From Hanstruepera neustonica (GTDB taxonomy: Bacteria > Bacteroidota > Bacteroidia > Flavobacteriales > Flavobacteriaceae): DNA of 64,000 nt. The DNA lies in NCBI RefSeq assembly GCF_002895005.1, contig NZ_POWF01000001.1, positions 410,344-474,343 on the forward strand. Reading direction: 5' to 3'. Every line of letters starts with the position of its first letter. Position 1 is the stretch's first letter. Position numbers and translations under genes: made by a program. Of the stretch, positions 48,101-58,210 are shown piece after piece. The notes under the pieces are model-generated. The model did no database searches. It was not told the DNA's origin and saw only the letters and a program-made list of their open reading frames with translations.

Positions 48101-49920
48101 TAAACAACATCGCTATTTGATGGAGCAATAGCAATATCGCGAATATTGCTTGTACCACCGAAACTTGAAATTTGAGTCCAAGTTGTACCCGTTCTAACGG
48201 CGTCATTACGCCAAATATTATCAAAACCTGCAAACATTCTGTTCGGATCGTTGGGATCCAATTTATAGGGTGTTACCCAACCACCGGTTTCACCAATAGT
48301 ATTAGCAATACTACCAAATGTTGTGCCGCCATTTGTAGAGCGTCTAATGTCACCATAGTATAGCGCGCCATACATATAATTATCATCAGTAGGGTCAATA
48401 ATGCACTCCATGCCATCACCACCTATTTCTGTGGTAAAAGTAGACCTATTACATATGGCTGTTCCATTATCCTGATAACCATTAATAATTAATTCTTCCG
48501 ACATTTGAGAGACACCTATCTTATAAATTTGTGCGATGGCTAAACCACTGCTTATATCATTCCAATTAGTACCACCATTTGAAGAATAATAGACACCACC
48601 GTCATTCCCGCTATAAATTACATTTGTATGTGGTGAAAATTCCAAGGCATGTTGATCGGCATGAACACCATCTATGGAACCACTAACACCTACCCAATAA
48701 GAGGTACAATTCATTGTGGAACCACCATCGGTTGATTTCCACAAATTCACGCCACCAGTATATATGGTATTAGCATCCGAAGGATCAGCAGCTATTACTA
48801 AATCATACCATGCTTGACTACCTGTACCACCATTAGTAGCATACCCTAAAATATTAGGCGTTGTAGTTCTTGTCGAGAAGGATGTTCCACTATTTGTTGA
48901 ACGATAAATACCAACAAGTCCACTACCGTCACCCGCTAAAAGATATACCCAGTCTGGCTGATTGGCTGATACAGCCAAAGCAATGCGTTGCACAGATCCG
49001 GGAACACCACTAGTTATTTGGGTCCAATTAACTCCGCCATCAGTTGATTTATGAAATTGGGTGCCAGAAGCGTAAACGATATTTGAATTTCCAGGATGAA
49101 ACGCTATATCCTTAGCATTTTGACCAATATTAGTAGCACTCCAGCTAGCACCACCATTAGTTGTTCGATAAATGCGACTTCCAGATGTTGAAGCAACCAT
49201 TATGTTTGAATCGGAAGGATCCATGATTATTTCATAAACGGTACGATTACCCATTCCAGAATTTCTTGAAGTCCAACTATTACCACCATCGGTACTACGC
49301 CAAACACCATAACCAGGTGCATCGCCTGCATCTCTATCACCAGTACCTATATATATAATATCTGGATTCGTTGGATCAATAACAATACTGGATACTCCTA
49401 AACGAGTCAAACCATTAAGATGATCAGTCCAGCTTCCACCATTATCAGTAGATTTCCAAAAGCCTCCGGAAGGCGCTCCAGCATATATAGTATTAGGATC
49501 TGTTGGATGAAAAGCAATGCAATTAACCCGTCCATTACCATTTAATTGACCAGTACCATTATTTGGGAGACTAACTGGGCCTACAATTTCCCAATTTCCA
49601 GAACCTGTTGAATAGCGTTGCGATTCATTTTGACGACTTCGATAACGCTCAATTTCTTCTAAAACATGACCATCAGGAGGGAAATTTCCATTTTTATCAA
49701 TGCGACTTTCCCAGTAATATTCCCATCTTTTAAACTGCTTTATACCCTTGCCTTTGGGGAGTTCATTGGGGTTGACGACATTGTTTTTATAGTAAAGCTC
49801 GAAATCTGACTGAATTTCATAAAAATTGGCATTCCTATCGAATATCATTTGTTGCCATTTGTCTTGAGAATAAGACAAGGTTGTAAGTATTATGAATACA
49901 AAAAGTAGTATTTTTTTCAT
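45130..49920 (-). CDS. giant (about 1596 aa) T9SS-secreted protein: multi-BNR/Asp-box beta-propeller region, PKD domain, MAM domain, conserved unknown pre-CTD module, type-A T9SS CTD
   Basis: Probable start at the internal MKKILLFVFIILTTLSYSQ (49920); the ORF track's longer start is 49986. At least 8 SxDxGxTW-like Asp-box motifs (STDNGGSWT, STDGGNSWT, TTNGGASWS, STDGGVNWT ...). PKD-like segment (..NYTIELTVSNAYGSDT..). MAM-like segment (GNYAYLEASG...DLAIDDIKF). CTD ...ILLLKITLSNDKIVYRKILF. Confidence 0.8.
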   Translation of the reverse strand: MKKILLFVFIILTTLSYSQDKWQQMIFDRNANFYEIQSDFELYYKNNVVNPNELPKGKGIKQFKRWEYYWESRIDKNGNFPPDGHVLEEIERYRSRQNESQRYSTGSGNWEIVGPVSLPNNGTGQLNGNGRVNCIAFHPTDPNTIYAGAPSGGFWKSTDNGGSWTDHLNGLTRLGVSSIVIDPTNPDIIYIGTGDRDAGDAPGYGVWRSTDGGNSWTSRNSGMGNRTVYEIIMDPSDSNIMVASTSGSRIYRTTNGGASWSATNIGQNAKDIAFHPGNSNIVYASGTQFHKSTDGGVNWTQITSGVPGSVQRIALAVSANQPDWVYLLAGDGSGLVGIYRSTNSGTSFSTRTTTPNILGYATNGGTGSQAWYDLVIAADPSDANTIYTGGVNLWKSTDGGSTMNCTSYWVGVSGSIDGVHADQHALEFSPHTNVIYSGNDGGVYYSSNGGTNWNDISSGLAIAQIYKIGVSQMSEELIINGYQDNGTAICNRSTFTTEIGGDGMECIIDPTDDNYMYGALYYGDIRRSTNGGTTFGSIANTIGETGGWVTPYKLDPNDPNRMFAGFDNIWRNDAVRTGTTWTQISSFGGTSNIRDIAIAPSNSDVVYVSRYDNSFRRSINATSGSPTWTDLSANLPVSNEPLDIEIDPNDPTHVFIALNNDIYESTDGGVNWTNIAGTLPNLSLNTIVIDQSSPVDAMYVGMDVGVYYKDSNMSDWVSYSTGLANLEITELEIHYGTDCKGKIYAATYGQGLWISDLKDPGNVAPIACFKASSTSGCVGNEFILTDNSDYSPTSWAWTITPGTFSYINSTTSTSQNPEIIFSSAGNYTIELTVSNAYGSDTETKTAYINIGNGTVASNFNEDFESESLCATTNNCGTTVCGLSGFWTNLTNGTDDDIDWRIDENGTPSSNTGPSVDYNLGTSAGNYAYLEASGSCNINTAILESDCIIIDQSYIFSVGYHMYGGNMGSLHIDIFDSGSWQEDFVTPILGNVGNSWNDMTADLSAYVGKTIKIRVRGITGNGFESDLAIDDIKFTALGCSTTTWNGTSWSNGTPSLSKSVTIDGNYDTNIHGSFECCTLLVNSGRTLIINDSDYVSIDNELTNNGTVTIENNGSLIQVNDNAVNTGAINYKRTASIRQLDYVYWSSPIEGFDVAAISPNTPTTLLYTWNPTIVNSNGGQGNWINTPSELMTPGKGYIVRGPSNYTSTAQDFTAEFLNGKPNNGVITLPISRGSYTGADYTGNNSATITRFDDNWNLVGNPYPSAISALDFLNLNSSVIEGAVRIWTHGTLPSSSNADSFYGDFTTSYSPSDYIVHNGTGTVSGPNGFNGLIAGGQGFMVLMKDGSTLTDNLTFNNSLRDISYANNQFYRTSRTEELDRLWLNLSDEDGFSERTLIAYINEATDLKDRLYDAVTMVEGGAQKIYTFIEADKMAIQAFGLPFSVDNIIPVGVNIPNDGNYYISIHAAEGLFNSQDIYLHDLHLNTINNISETPYIFYSEAEEVNNRFVLKFNDAALSSEEFEIITNGITITGKDKIQIESQNENIKSITIYDVLGRKISNAENINNTSFQIDSINKSNRILLLKITLSNDKIVYRKILF

Positions 49921-49957
49921 TGAAATCAAGATTTGGGATTTTGATAACGGGATAAAT

Positions 49958-50002
49958 ATAGAGAAAAAAAATATGCCTTTCAACATTGAAAGGCATATTA
50001 AT
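49958..50002 (-). terminator. rho-independent terminator of the atp operon (atpC 3' end)
   Basis: On the minus strand: AATATGCCTTTCAATGTTGAAAGGCATATTTTTTTTCTC (9-bp stem plus a T8 tract). Confidence 0.55.
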
Positions 50003-50028
50003 TATTTCATTTATAACTATTTAAGCAG

Positions 50029-50322
50029 TTAATCTGCTAAAATAATGACTTTATTGTCTTTCATTTCAAGAGTTCCTGAATTGATTTTTAAGGTCAATAT
50101 CTTGTCATTATCAAGATGTGGAACAATACTAGCGTGTAACTCATCGAAAACCAAATGACTTTGAGTATGTGTATGAATTTTAATAGTTCCTTCTTTTAAA
50201 AGCGACACAATAGGTGCGTGATCTTTTAACATTTCGAATTCACCATTAACACCAGGCACAAGAACAGAATCCACTTCTGAACTGAATAATGTTGCTTCCG
50301 GTGATACAATTTCTAAATACAT
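50029..50322 (-). CDS. atpC: F0F1 ATP synthase epsilon subunit
   Basis: Sits immediately downstream of atpD. N-terminal beta-sandwich pattern MYLEIVSPEATLFSSEVDSVLVPGVNGEFEML. 97 aa. Confidence 0.8.
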   Translation of the reverse strand: MYLEIVSPEATLFSSEVDSVLVPGVNGEFEMLKDHAPIVSLLKEGTIKIHTHTQSHLVFDELHASIVPHLDNDKILTLKINSGTLEMKDNKVIILAD

Positions 50323-50343
50323 AGTCTTATTTGTTAACTAATT

Positions 50344-51855
<1,512 letters not shown>

Positions 51856-51965
51856 TTATGTGTTTATTGTTTTGCTAAAATTTTAATATGAAAAACACCT
51901 CGTTTTTCGCGCTGCAAAGATATTATTTTAATTTAAAAACAACAGTAATTTTTTTGGCTTTTTTG

Positions 51966-52005
51966 CGCATAAAAAAACGCCTTCAAATTGAAGACGTTTT
52001 ACCAA
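51966..52005 (-). terminator. terminator downstream of the SGNH lipoprotein gene (minus strand)
   Basis: On the minus strand: AAAACGTCTTCAATTTGAAGGCGTTTTTTTAT (stem with one G:U-compatible mismatch plus a T7 tract). Confidence 0.45.
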
Positions 52006-52020
52006 TATATTTTGGTTATT

Positions 52021-53484
52021 TTATTGAAGCGTAGGCGAGTAATTAGTTGGATATTGACCAATATCAACTAAATTGCCTGATGCTTCAAAATTTGAACCGT
52101 AAGTAGCATCAATAGCTTTCATAAATTCATTAGCAGCAACAGCATATCCTCTAGAAGTCAAGTGCACACCGTCAAGAGAAAACATACCACCTGTTACTAA
52201 ATCAGAGGTCAAAACAAAATTTCCTGAAGCTATTCCTGTACTATTTAATTCTGACAACAAAGCATTGGCATCAACAAAAGCAAGACCAGCTTGATTCGCA
52301 GCAGCTTGAATGGTTGCATTAAAACCATCAACAGCAGTGCGAATTTCAGCCTGTTCTTCTGGTGTTAAAACCCATCTATCCTCTAAAGGAATTTGAGTCC
52401 CATAACCTTCAGGTATCAAAGATGATAATGTCAATACAAATAAGTCATCGCTGGTTGATTGTCTATAACTTGGTAATCCTAATCCTGATAAATCTGTTAA
52501 ATCTTCATCAACTAGTACCATAGAATTGTTGTCGTCTTCAGAAAATACTATGGTTCTCATTTCAGCTTCTTCAGCAGAAATCAATCCTCCAGCCAAAGCT
52601 AATTGCAATCCGCCATTATATTGGGCGTATCCTGCATTTAATGCACCCGCTGTTGCAGCATCTAGAGGCACTGGGTTGTAAGGAACTGTAGTAAAATGAG
52701 TAATATCGGTAACATAAGGAATGTTGGCTACCACACCTTTAGCTCCTTGAGAAGTTAAGGTTGTTATTAAAGTTGAAATTGCAAAATCAAAAGTAGGCTG
52801 ATCTGTTATTGGACTTGTACCATCACCACCAGATAAAGCATATCCTAATACATCGTTATTACCTATCCACAAAGAGAAGAATGTAGGCTGTTGTGCCATT
52901 GAAAGCTCCAACACACTAGCATTAGGAGTTGATCCTGTCATTCGAACAAAGTAAGGATTGGCATTAGGAAGGTTCATAATATTACCATAGCCAGGTGCAA
53001 TTAAGTGAAAACTTCTTGCTCCAGGCACACCCATGTTGTTAAATGGCCCTGTAGGATTATTCAAAGCAATATCAGTAGTTACTGTTACAGGTCCTATGAC
53101 AGCTTCTAGAGGCAAGGGAGCACCTCCAGTAGTAACTAACCTAGGGTTAAAATTAGGAATTCTATTACCAGCTAATGCTAAACCTCCAAAATTATCATTC
53201 ATTAATGGCTGCGTAAATGCACCACCTCCCGTCATTGAGAATTTTTGTGCTAATATATTTGGGAATGAGTTTTCTTGAGTGGCAATAAACAGTGCTCCAT
53301 CAGAAAATCCAGATGTTAGAGAGTTTCCTAGAGATACATACTTTGAAAAATCGGCTTCACCAGCAGTTAAAGGCGGTAGGTTTTCGATTGGTAATGAAGA
53401 GTCATCATCACTTTCACAGGCCGTAAAACTCAATAGGACTGCAAGAAGCCAAACATATTTTGTGTTTAAAATTATCTTTTTCAT
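52021..53484 (-). CDS. SGNH/GDSL-hydrolase-family lipoprotein (variant block I GNSL)
   Basis: Lipoprotein signal ...LLSFTAC. Block I-like GNSLTSG, block III-like WIGNNDV, block V-like DGVHLTSRGY. 487 aa. Confidence 0.5.
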   Translation of the reverse strand: MKKIILNTKYVWLLAVLLSFTACESDDDSSLPIENLPPLTAGEADFSKYVSLGNSLTSGFSDGALFIATQENSFPNILAQKFSMTGGGAFTQPLMNDNFGGLALAGNRIPNFNPRLVTTGGAPLPLEAVIGPVTVTTDIALNNPTGPFNNMGVPGARSFHLIAPGYGNIMNLPNANPYFVRMTGSTPNASVLELSMAQQPTFFSLWIGNNDVLGYALSGGDGTSPITDQPTFDFAISTLITTLTSQGAKGVVANIPYVTDITHFTTVPYNPVPLDAATAGALNAGYAQYNGGLQLALAGGLISAEEAEMRTIVFSEDDNNSMVLVDEDLTDLSGLGLPSYRQSTSDDLFVLTLSSLIPEGYGTQIPLEDRWVLTPEEQAEIRTAVDGFNATIQAAANQAGLAFVDANALLSELNSTGIASGNFVLTSDLVTGGMFSLDGVHLTSRGYAVAANEFMKAIDATYGSNFEASGNLVDIGQYPTNYSPTLQ

Positions 53485-53488
53485 GATC

Positions 53489-56215
53489 TTATAAGTTGTT
53501 TATTACAATTGATGCATAATACATGGATCCAATATATCCAGTTCCAATAGCCGTGAAGTACTCATCGCCCATGATATTGGTTGCACCAACTTTAATTAAT
53601 GATTTTAGTTTAGGAATCGTATAGCTTAATTGAGCATCCAATGTATGATAAGATGGAATATCGCCATCCGCAAATGTGGCTTGCCAGAAATAACTATCAC
53701 TCCATCTCCATGCTACGTTAAAGCCAAAGTTTTTAAATACATCGGTATTACCAAAACTTACTTTTACTTTGTGTTCTGGGGTGTTAAAACTGGTCCTAAA
53801 GTCAGGGTCTGCCGCCTGGTCAAAATCTTGTTTGGCATAGGTATAGTTAGCACCGAGGTCAAAATCGCCAAATACTTTCGTGGTCAAACCAATAGAACCT
53901 CCATAAGAATTAACATCAGCATCAGAGTTAGTATAAGTTTGATACACAGCAACATCCCCATTTTGAAGTGCAGCTAGAGACAAGCCACCATCTCCAGCGG
54001 TACCATAAAGCGGAACGATTACACGTTCATTAGAAATAAAATCTTTATAAGAATTATAGTACACACTTGCATCAACAATCAGTCTATTAAATTTTCCGCG
54101 GTATCCAACCTCAAAGGAAGCCACCTGCTCTGGCTTAACAATATCTATATTTGAAACGACAGGCGCTCCATTTTCAACAGAACTAAAAGAATAAGTAGGA
54201 CCATATGCTGCTGCTCCAGTTAGAGTAACTGAAGATGGCTGGCCTAACATTTGACCGCTGGCACTAACAGAGTACGTACGTACATCACGATCTAAATTAG
54301 CTTCAGCTGAACCAATTAACACATATGGACCGGCATTTAATCCAATAAATAAATCTTGCGTTGTTGGATTCCTAAAACCTGTTTGATAAGATGCTCTAAT
54401 ATTATGGTTTTCATTAACTGTAAAACCAGCCGATAATCTTGGCGAGAAGAACCCGTCAAATAATTCTGATTTATCATAACGAATAGAACCAGTTAGTTTT
54501 AAGTCTAAACTTTCAGATAATTCTAAATCTTTTTGAATTTGCGTGTAGATACCATATTCAGAATATTCAATTGATCCATTGGCATCTGTATAAATGGTTC
54601 CAGAAGAATTTAAGCTATATTGTCTGAAAGAACCACCAACTTGAATTTCAGCCCAATCAATTAAATGGCTAAAATTATAATTAGCATCTGAATGGTAATA
54701 TTTAGAGGCATCTTGGAATTTTGAACCAGTAGCAATATCAGGATCATTTATACTTCTATTAAACGCAGCTTGAAACTGTGGTGTTCCAGGCAAATAACGT
54801 CCAGATTCAGCAGCAGCTCTTGCTAAAGCATGAGCTTGCTCCTCTGTTGCACCTCCAAGTGTCGCACCAGCATATGTGCCAATATAATCACCAAACCAAT
54901 CCGCGTCACTTTTCCATGCTCTGTTAATTTGTATTCCAGTAACAGTCATATCATAAGAATCACCAGCCTTATCTGCCACAACGTAACCTCTTACAAAGAA
55001 GTTATCGTTTCGAACTTCAATTTTATGTTGTTGTTGAGTAAATCCGTCAATGTAATACCGGTTGGAGCCTTGATAAATGGTTGAGCCAGTACCTATTTTT
55101 CCAACATACTGTATTTCAAAATCGTTGGCCCAAGGTCTAAAATATAATCCCCAATCTGCTTTGATGCTCTCTGCATTATAATCAGTTAAGTCACTCTCAT
55201 TGTATCCTGTTCTACTAACAACGACGTCAGGAATTATTCCTAATCCACCTGATAATCCTCTAATGTTAGCAGCAACTTCATCTCCGAAAACATTATAACC
55301 ATCGTAATCCAAACTAGCACGAGTTGCACCAGTGCCAGGCTTACCAGCATAATTATTAGCAACCCAATCTGTGCCTCGTAGCCAACCAAAATTCACTTTT
55401 GCTGCAAAATGATCTGTAAACTTATGGGCCATTCTAATACCAACATCTGTGTAGCTATTATCACCACCTGCATCTTGTGAAGTGATACCTTGTTTTATTG
55501 ATCCGCTGATGCCTTGAAAATCAAAAGGATTTTTGCTTCGCATGAACAAAATACCATTAAAGGCATTAGCGCCGTAAAGCGCTGAAGCCGCTCCAGGTAA
55601 CAATTCCACACTCTGAACATCTGTTTCAACCATACCAACTAGATTTCCAATTGGAAAATTTAGTGCAGGCGTTGAGTTGTCCATTCCATCAACTAATTGC
55701 ATAAAGCGGTTGTTAGCAAAGGTGGCAAAACCTCTCGTGTTAATAGACTTAAATGTTAAACTATTCGTATTGACATCAACACCTTTTAAGTTTTCAAGCC
55801 CATCATAGAAATCAGCAGAAGCTGTATTTTTAATTTCTTTGAGTCCGAAGCGTTCAACTGTAACAGGTGATTCAAAAATACGTTCAGGTGTTCTTGACGC
55901 TGAAATAACGACTTCGTCTAAAGCGGTGCCTTCAGTTAAAACTAGTTTTAAAGCTTCCGTAGTTGACGTAACCTCTAATGTTGCAGTTTCAAATCCGACA
56001 CTACTAGCTTGAATACTAAAAGGGGGTGATAAATCTGTAGTAATTGTAAATCCACCGTCAAAGTCTGTAATGTTACCGGTTGACGTTTCAACAATGATGA
56101 CATTAGCTCCGGGAACAGGTTGTTCATTATCATCCACAACTGTCCCTGAAATTGTTGTTTGTGCAAAAGAGATTGTGCCACAAAGCAACAATAAAATTGA
56201 AAGAATTGATCTCAT
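53489..56215 (-). CDS. TonB-dependent receptor with an N-terminal carboxypeptidase-regulatory-like domain
   Basis: Signal peptide. ISGTVVDDNEQPVPGANVII (CarbopepD_reg-like). Plug plus barrel. 908 aa. Confidence 0.8.
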   Translation of the reverse strand: MRSILSILLLLCGTISFAQTTISGTVVDDNEQPVPGANVIIVETSTGNITDFDGGFTITTDLSPPFSIQASSVGFETATLEVTSTTEALKLVLTEGTALDEVVISASRTPERIFESPVTVERFGLKEIKNTASADFYDGLENLKGVDVNTNSLTFKSINTRGFATFANNRFMQLVDGMDNSTPALNFPIGNLVGMVETDVQSVELLPGAASALYGANAFNGILFMRSKNPFDFQGISGSIKQGITSQDAGGDNSYTDVGIRMAHKFTDHFAAKVNFGWLRGTDWVANNYAGKPGTGATRASLDYDGYNVFGDEVAANIRGLSGGLGIIPDVVVSRTGYNESDLTDYNAESIKADWGLYFRPWANDFEIQYVGKIGTGSTIYQGSNRYYIDGFTQQQHKIEVRNDNFFVRGYVVADKAGDSYDMTVTGIQINRAWKSDADWFGDYIGTYAGATLGGATEEQAHALARAAAESGRYLPGTPQFQAAFNRSINDPDIATGSKFQDASKYYHSDANYNFSHLIDWAEIQVGGSFRQYSLNSSGTIYTDANGSIEYSEYGIYTQIQKDLELSESLDLKLTGSIRYDKSELFDGFFSPRLSAGFTVNENHNIRASYQTGFRNPTTQDLFIGLNAGPYVLIGSAEANLDRDVRTYSVSASGQMLGQPSSVTLTGAAAYGPTYSFSSVENGAPVVSNIDIVKPEQVASFEVGYRGKFNRLIVDASVYYNSYKDFISNERVIVPLYGTAGDGGLSLAALQNGDVAVYQTYTNSDADVNSYGGSIGLTTKVFGDFDLGANYTYAKQDFDQAADPDFRTSFNTPEHKVKVSFGNTDVFKNFGFNVAWRWSDSYFWQATFADGDIPSYHTLDAQLSYTIPKLKSLIKVGATNIMGDEYFTAIGTGYIGSMYYASIVINNL

Positions 56216-56290
56216 TTTTTAGTTTTAGTTAATTATTATGATAGCAATATAGATAAAACTACGAAAACTGAATGAGATTTTCCTAAAAAA

Positions 56291-56304
56291 TTATGCGCGC
56301 ATAA
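56291..56304. promoter_or_regulatory. perfect 14-bp palindrome upstream of the TonB-dependent receptor gene (candidate operator)
   Basis: TTATGCGCGCATAA has a GC-rich core in an AT-rich spacer, about 75 nt upstream of the TBDR start codon. Confidence 0.3.
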
Positions 56305-56357
56305 TATAAATTAACAAAATAACCTTGTCAAAAATGATAAATTTGTAATAGTCGAAA

Positions 56358-58205
56358 TTATTCTACGGTTACAGATTTTGCCAAATTTCGAGGTTGATCA
56401 ACATTTTTGCCAAGCATAACTGCAATATGATAAGAGAGTAATTGAAGCGGAATAGTTGTCAATAAAGGTGATAATGGTTCAAGAGTTTCAGGAACTTCAA
56501 TAATGTGATCTGCTAGTTCTTTAACATGAATATCCCCTTCTGTAACAATTCCGATGATTTTTCCTTTTCGAGACTTTATTTCTTGAATATTACTAACAAC
56601 TTTTTCATAATGACCTTTTTTGGTAGCAACGACTACTACGGGCATTTGTTCATCAATAAGTGCTATTGGACCATGCTTCATTTCAGCAGCAGGATAGCCT
56701 TCAGCATGAATGTAAGATATTTCTTTAAGTTTAAGCGCGCCTTCAAGAGCTACGGGGAAGTTATAGCCACGACCTAAATACAAACAGTTTCTGGCGTCTT
56801 TGTAGATATCTGCTACTTGTTTGATATGTTCATCTGACTTAAGAGCTTTTGCAACTTTTTCTGGAATTAACTCTAGTTCTTGTAAATGATAGCGATAATC
56901 GGAATTTGAGATGGATCCTTTAGCTTTCGCTAATTTAAGAGCAATAAGCGTCAAGACAGTAATTTGGGTCGTAAACGCTTTGGTTGATGCAACACCTATT
57001 TCGGGGCCAGCATGAGTATAAGCACCAGCATTGGTCTCTCTGGCAATGGACGAACCAACAACATTACAAACACCAAAAACAAATGCGCCATTTGCCTTTG
57101 CTAATTTTATAGCAGCTAAAGTATCTGCGGTTTCTCCAGATTGAGATATGGCAATAACAACATCATTGGAAGTGATTACTGGATTGCGGTATCTAAATTC
57201 AGAAGCATACTCGACTTCAACAGGAATTCTGGCTAAATCCTCAAAAATATATTCAGCAACTAGACCAGCATGCCAAGATGTTCCACAAGCAACTACTATA
57301 ATACGATTGGCATTCAAAAATTTTTCGATGTTGTCATCGATACCAGCCATTCGGATGATACCTTCTTTAACTAAAAGACGACCTCTGTAAGTATCTTTGA
57401 TGGCATTTGGTTGTTCATGGATCTCTTTTAACATGAAATGCTCGAACCCACCTTTCTCAATTTGTTCAAGATTCATTTGTAGTTCTTGAACATAAGGGTC
57501 AACCAAAGTATCATCTTTAATTTTTCTAATTTTAATCCCCTTATTGACCCTGATAATGGCCATTTCCTCATCTTCTAGATAGACTGCATTTTTAGTGTAT
57601 TCTATGAATGGAGAAGCATCACTTGCAATAAAAAATTCATCATCACCAATACCAACAGCCAAGGGGCTTCCGAGCCTAGCAATAACTATTTCATCCGGTT
57701 TATTTTTGTCAAAAACAGCTATGGAGTAAGCGCCAACAACTTGGTTTAGAGCAATTTGAACAGCTTTTCCAAGCTTAACATTTTCTTTTAATTTAACATC
57801 TTCAATTAAGTTTATCAATACTTCCGTATCTGTGTCAGATTTGAAAGTATAACCTCTGGTAATTAATTCCTTTTTCAGGGAATCGTAATTCTCGATGATT
57901 CCATTGTGAATAATTACTAAATTTCCTGAATTTGAGTAGTGTGGATGAGCATTGATATCATTAGGCACACCATGTGTGGCCCAACGTGTATGGCCAATAC
58001 CTAGATTGGCATTGGTTGAAATTTCTGAAGACACACGATTTTCTAAATCTAGGACCTTTCCTTTAGTTTTAGAAACCTTTAAGTCGGTACCATCAAATAA
58101 TGCAATGCCCGCACTATCGTAGCCTCGGTACTCCAATCGCTTTAACCCTTCTATGATTATCGGATATGCTTCTCTATGTCCTATATAACCTACTATGCCA
58201 CACAT
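56358..58205 (-). CDS. glmS: glutamine--fructose-6-phosphate aminotransferase (isomerizing)
   Basis: MCGIVGY (Ntn Cys1) and two SIS domains. 615 aa. Confidence 0.95.
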   Translation of the reverse strand: MCGIVGYIGHREAYPIIIEGLKRLEYRGYDSAGIALFDGTDLKVSKTKGKVLDLENRVSSEISTNANLGIGHTRWATHGVPNDINAHPHYSNSGNLVIIHNGIIENYDSLKKELITRGYTFKSDTDTEVLINLIEDVKLKENVKLGKAVQIALNQVVGAYSIAVFDKNKPDEIVIARLGSPLAVGIGDDEFFIASDASPFIEYTKNAVYLEDEEMAIIRVNKGIKIRKIKDDTLVDPYVQELQMNLEQIEKGGFEHFMLKEIHEQPNAIKDTYRGRLLVKEGIIRMAGIDDNIEKFLNANRIIVVACGTSWHAGLVAEYIFEDLARIPVEVEYASEFRYRNPVITSNDVVIAISQSGETADTLAAIKLAKANGAFVFGVCNVVGSSIARETNAGAYTHAGPEIGVASTKAFTTQITVLTLIALKLAKAKGSISNSDYRYHLQELELIPEKVAKALKSDEHIKQVADIYKDARNCLYLGRGYNFPVALEGALKLKEISYIHAEGYPAAEMKHGPIALIDEQMPVVVVATKKGHYEKVVSNIQEIKSRKGKIIGIVTEGDIHVKELADHIIEVPETLEPLSPLLTTIPLQLLSYHIAVMLGKNVDQPRNLAKSVTVE

Positions 58206-58210
58206 AAATT

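Noticed and set aside
49921-49986. Longer N-terminal extension (MLKGIFFFSIFIPLSKSQILIS) of the BNR/PKD/MAM giant gene proposed by the ORF track
   Set aside because: The internal Met at 49920 starts a canonical signal peptide (MKKILLFVFIILTTLSYSQ). The 22-aa extension would place the signal peptide internally and overlaps the atpC terminator region.
51941-51960. TTTTTTGCGCATAAAAAAA near-palindrome upstream of atpD
   Set aside because: Not a true inverted repeat (the arms are not complementary). Probably just an AT-tract promoter context.
53033-53494. Two small plus-strand ORFs (81 and 71 aa) inside the SGNH lipoprotein gene
   Set aside because: Antisense to a longer coherent CDS that has a lipoprotein signal. 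Gly/Pro-rich reverse-frame translation.
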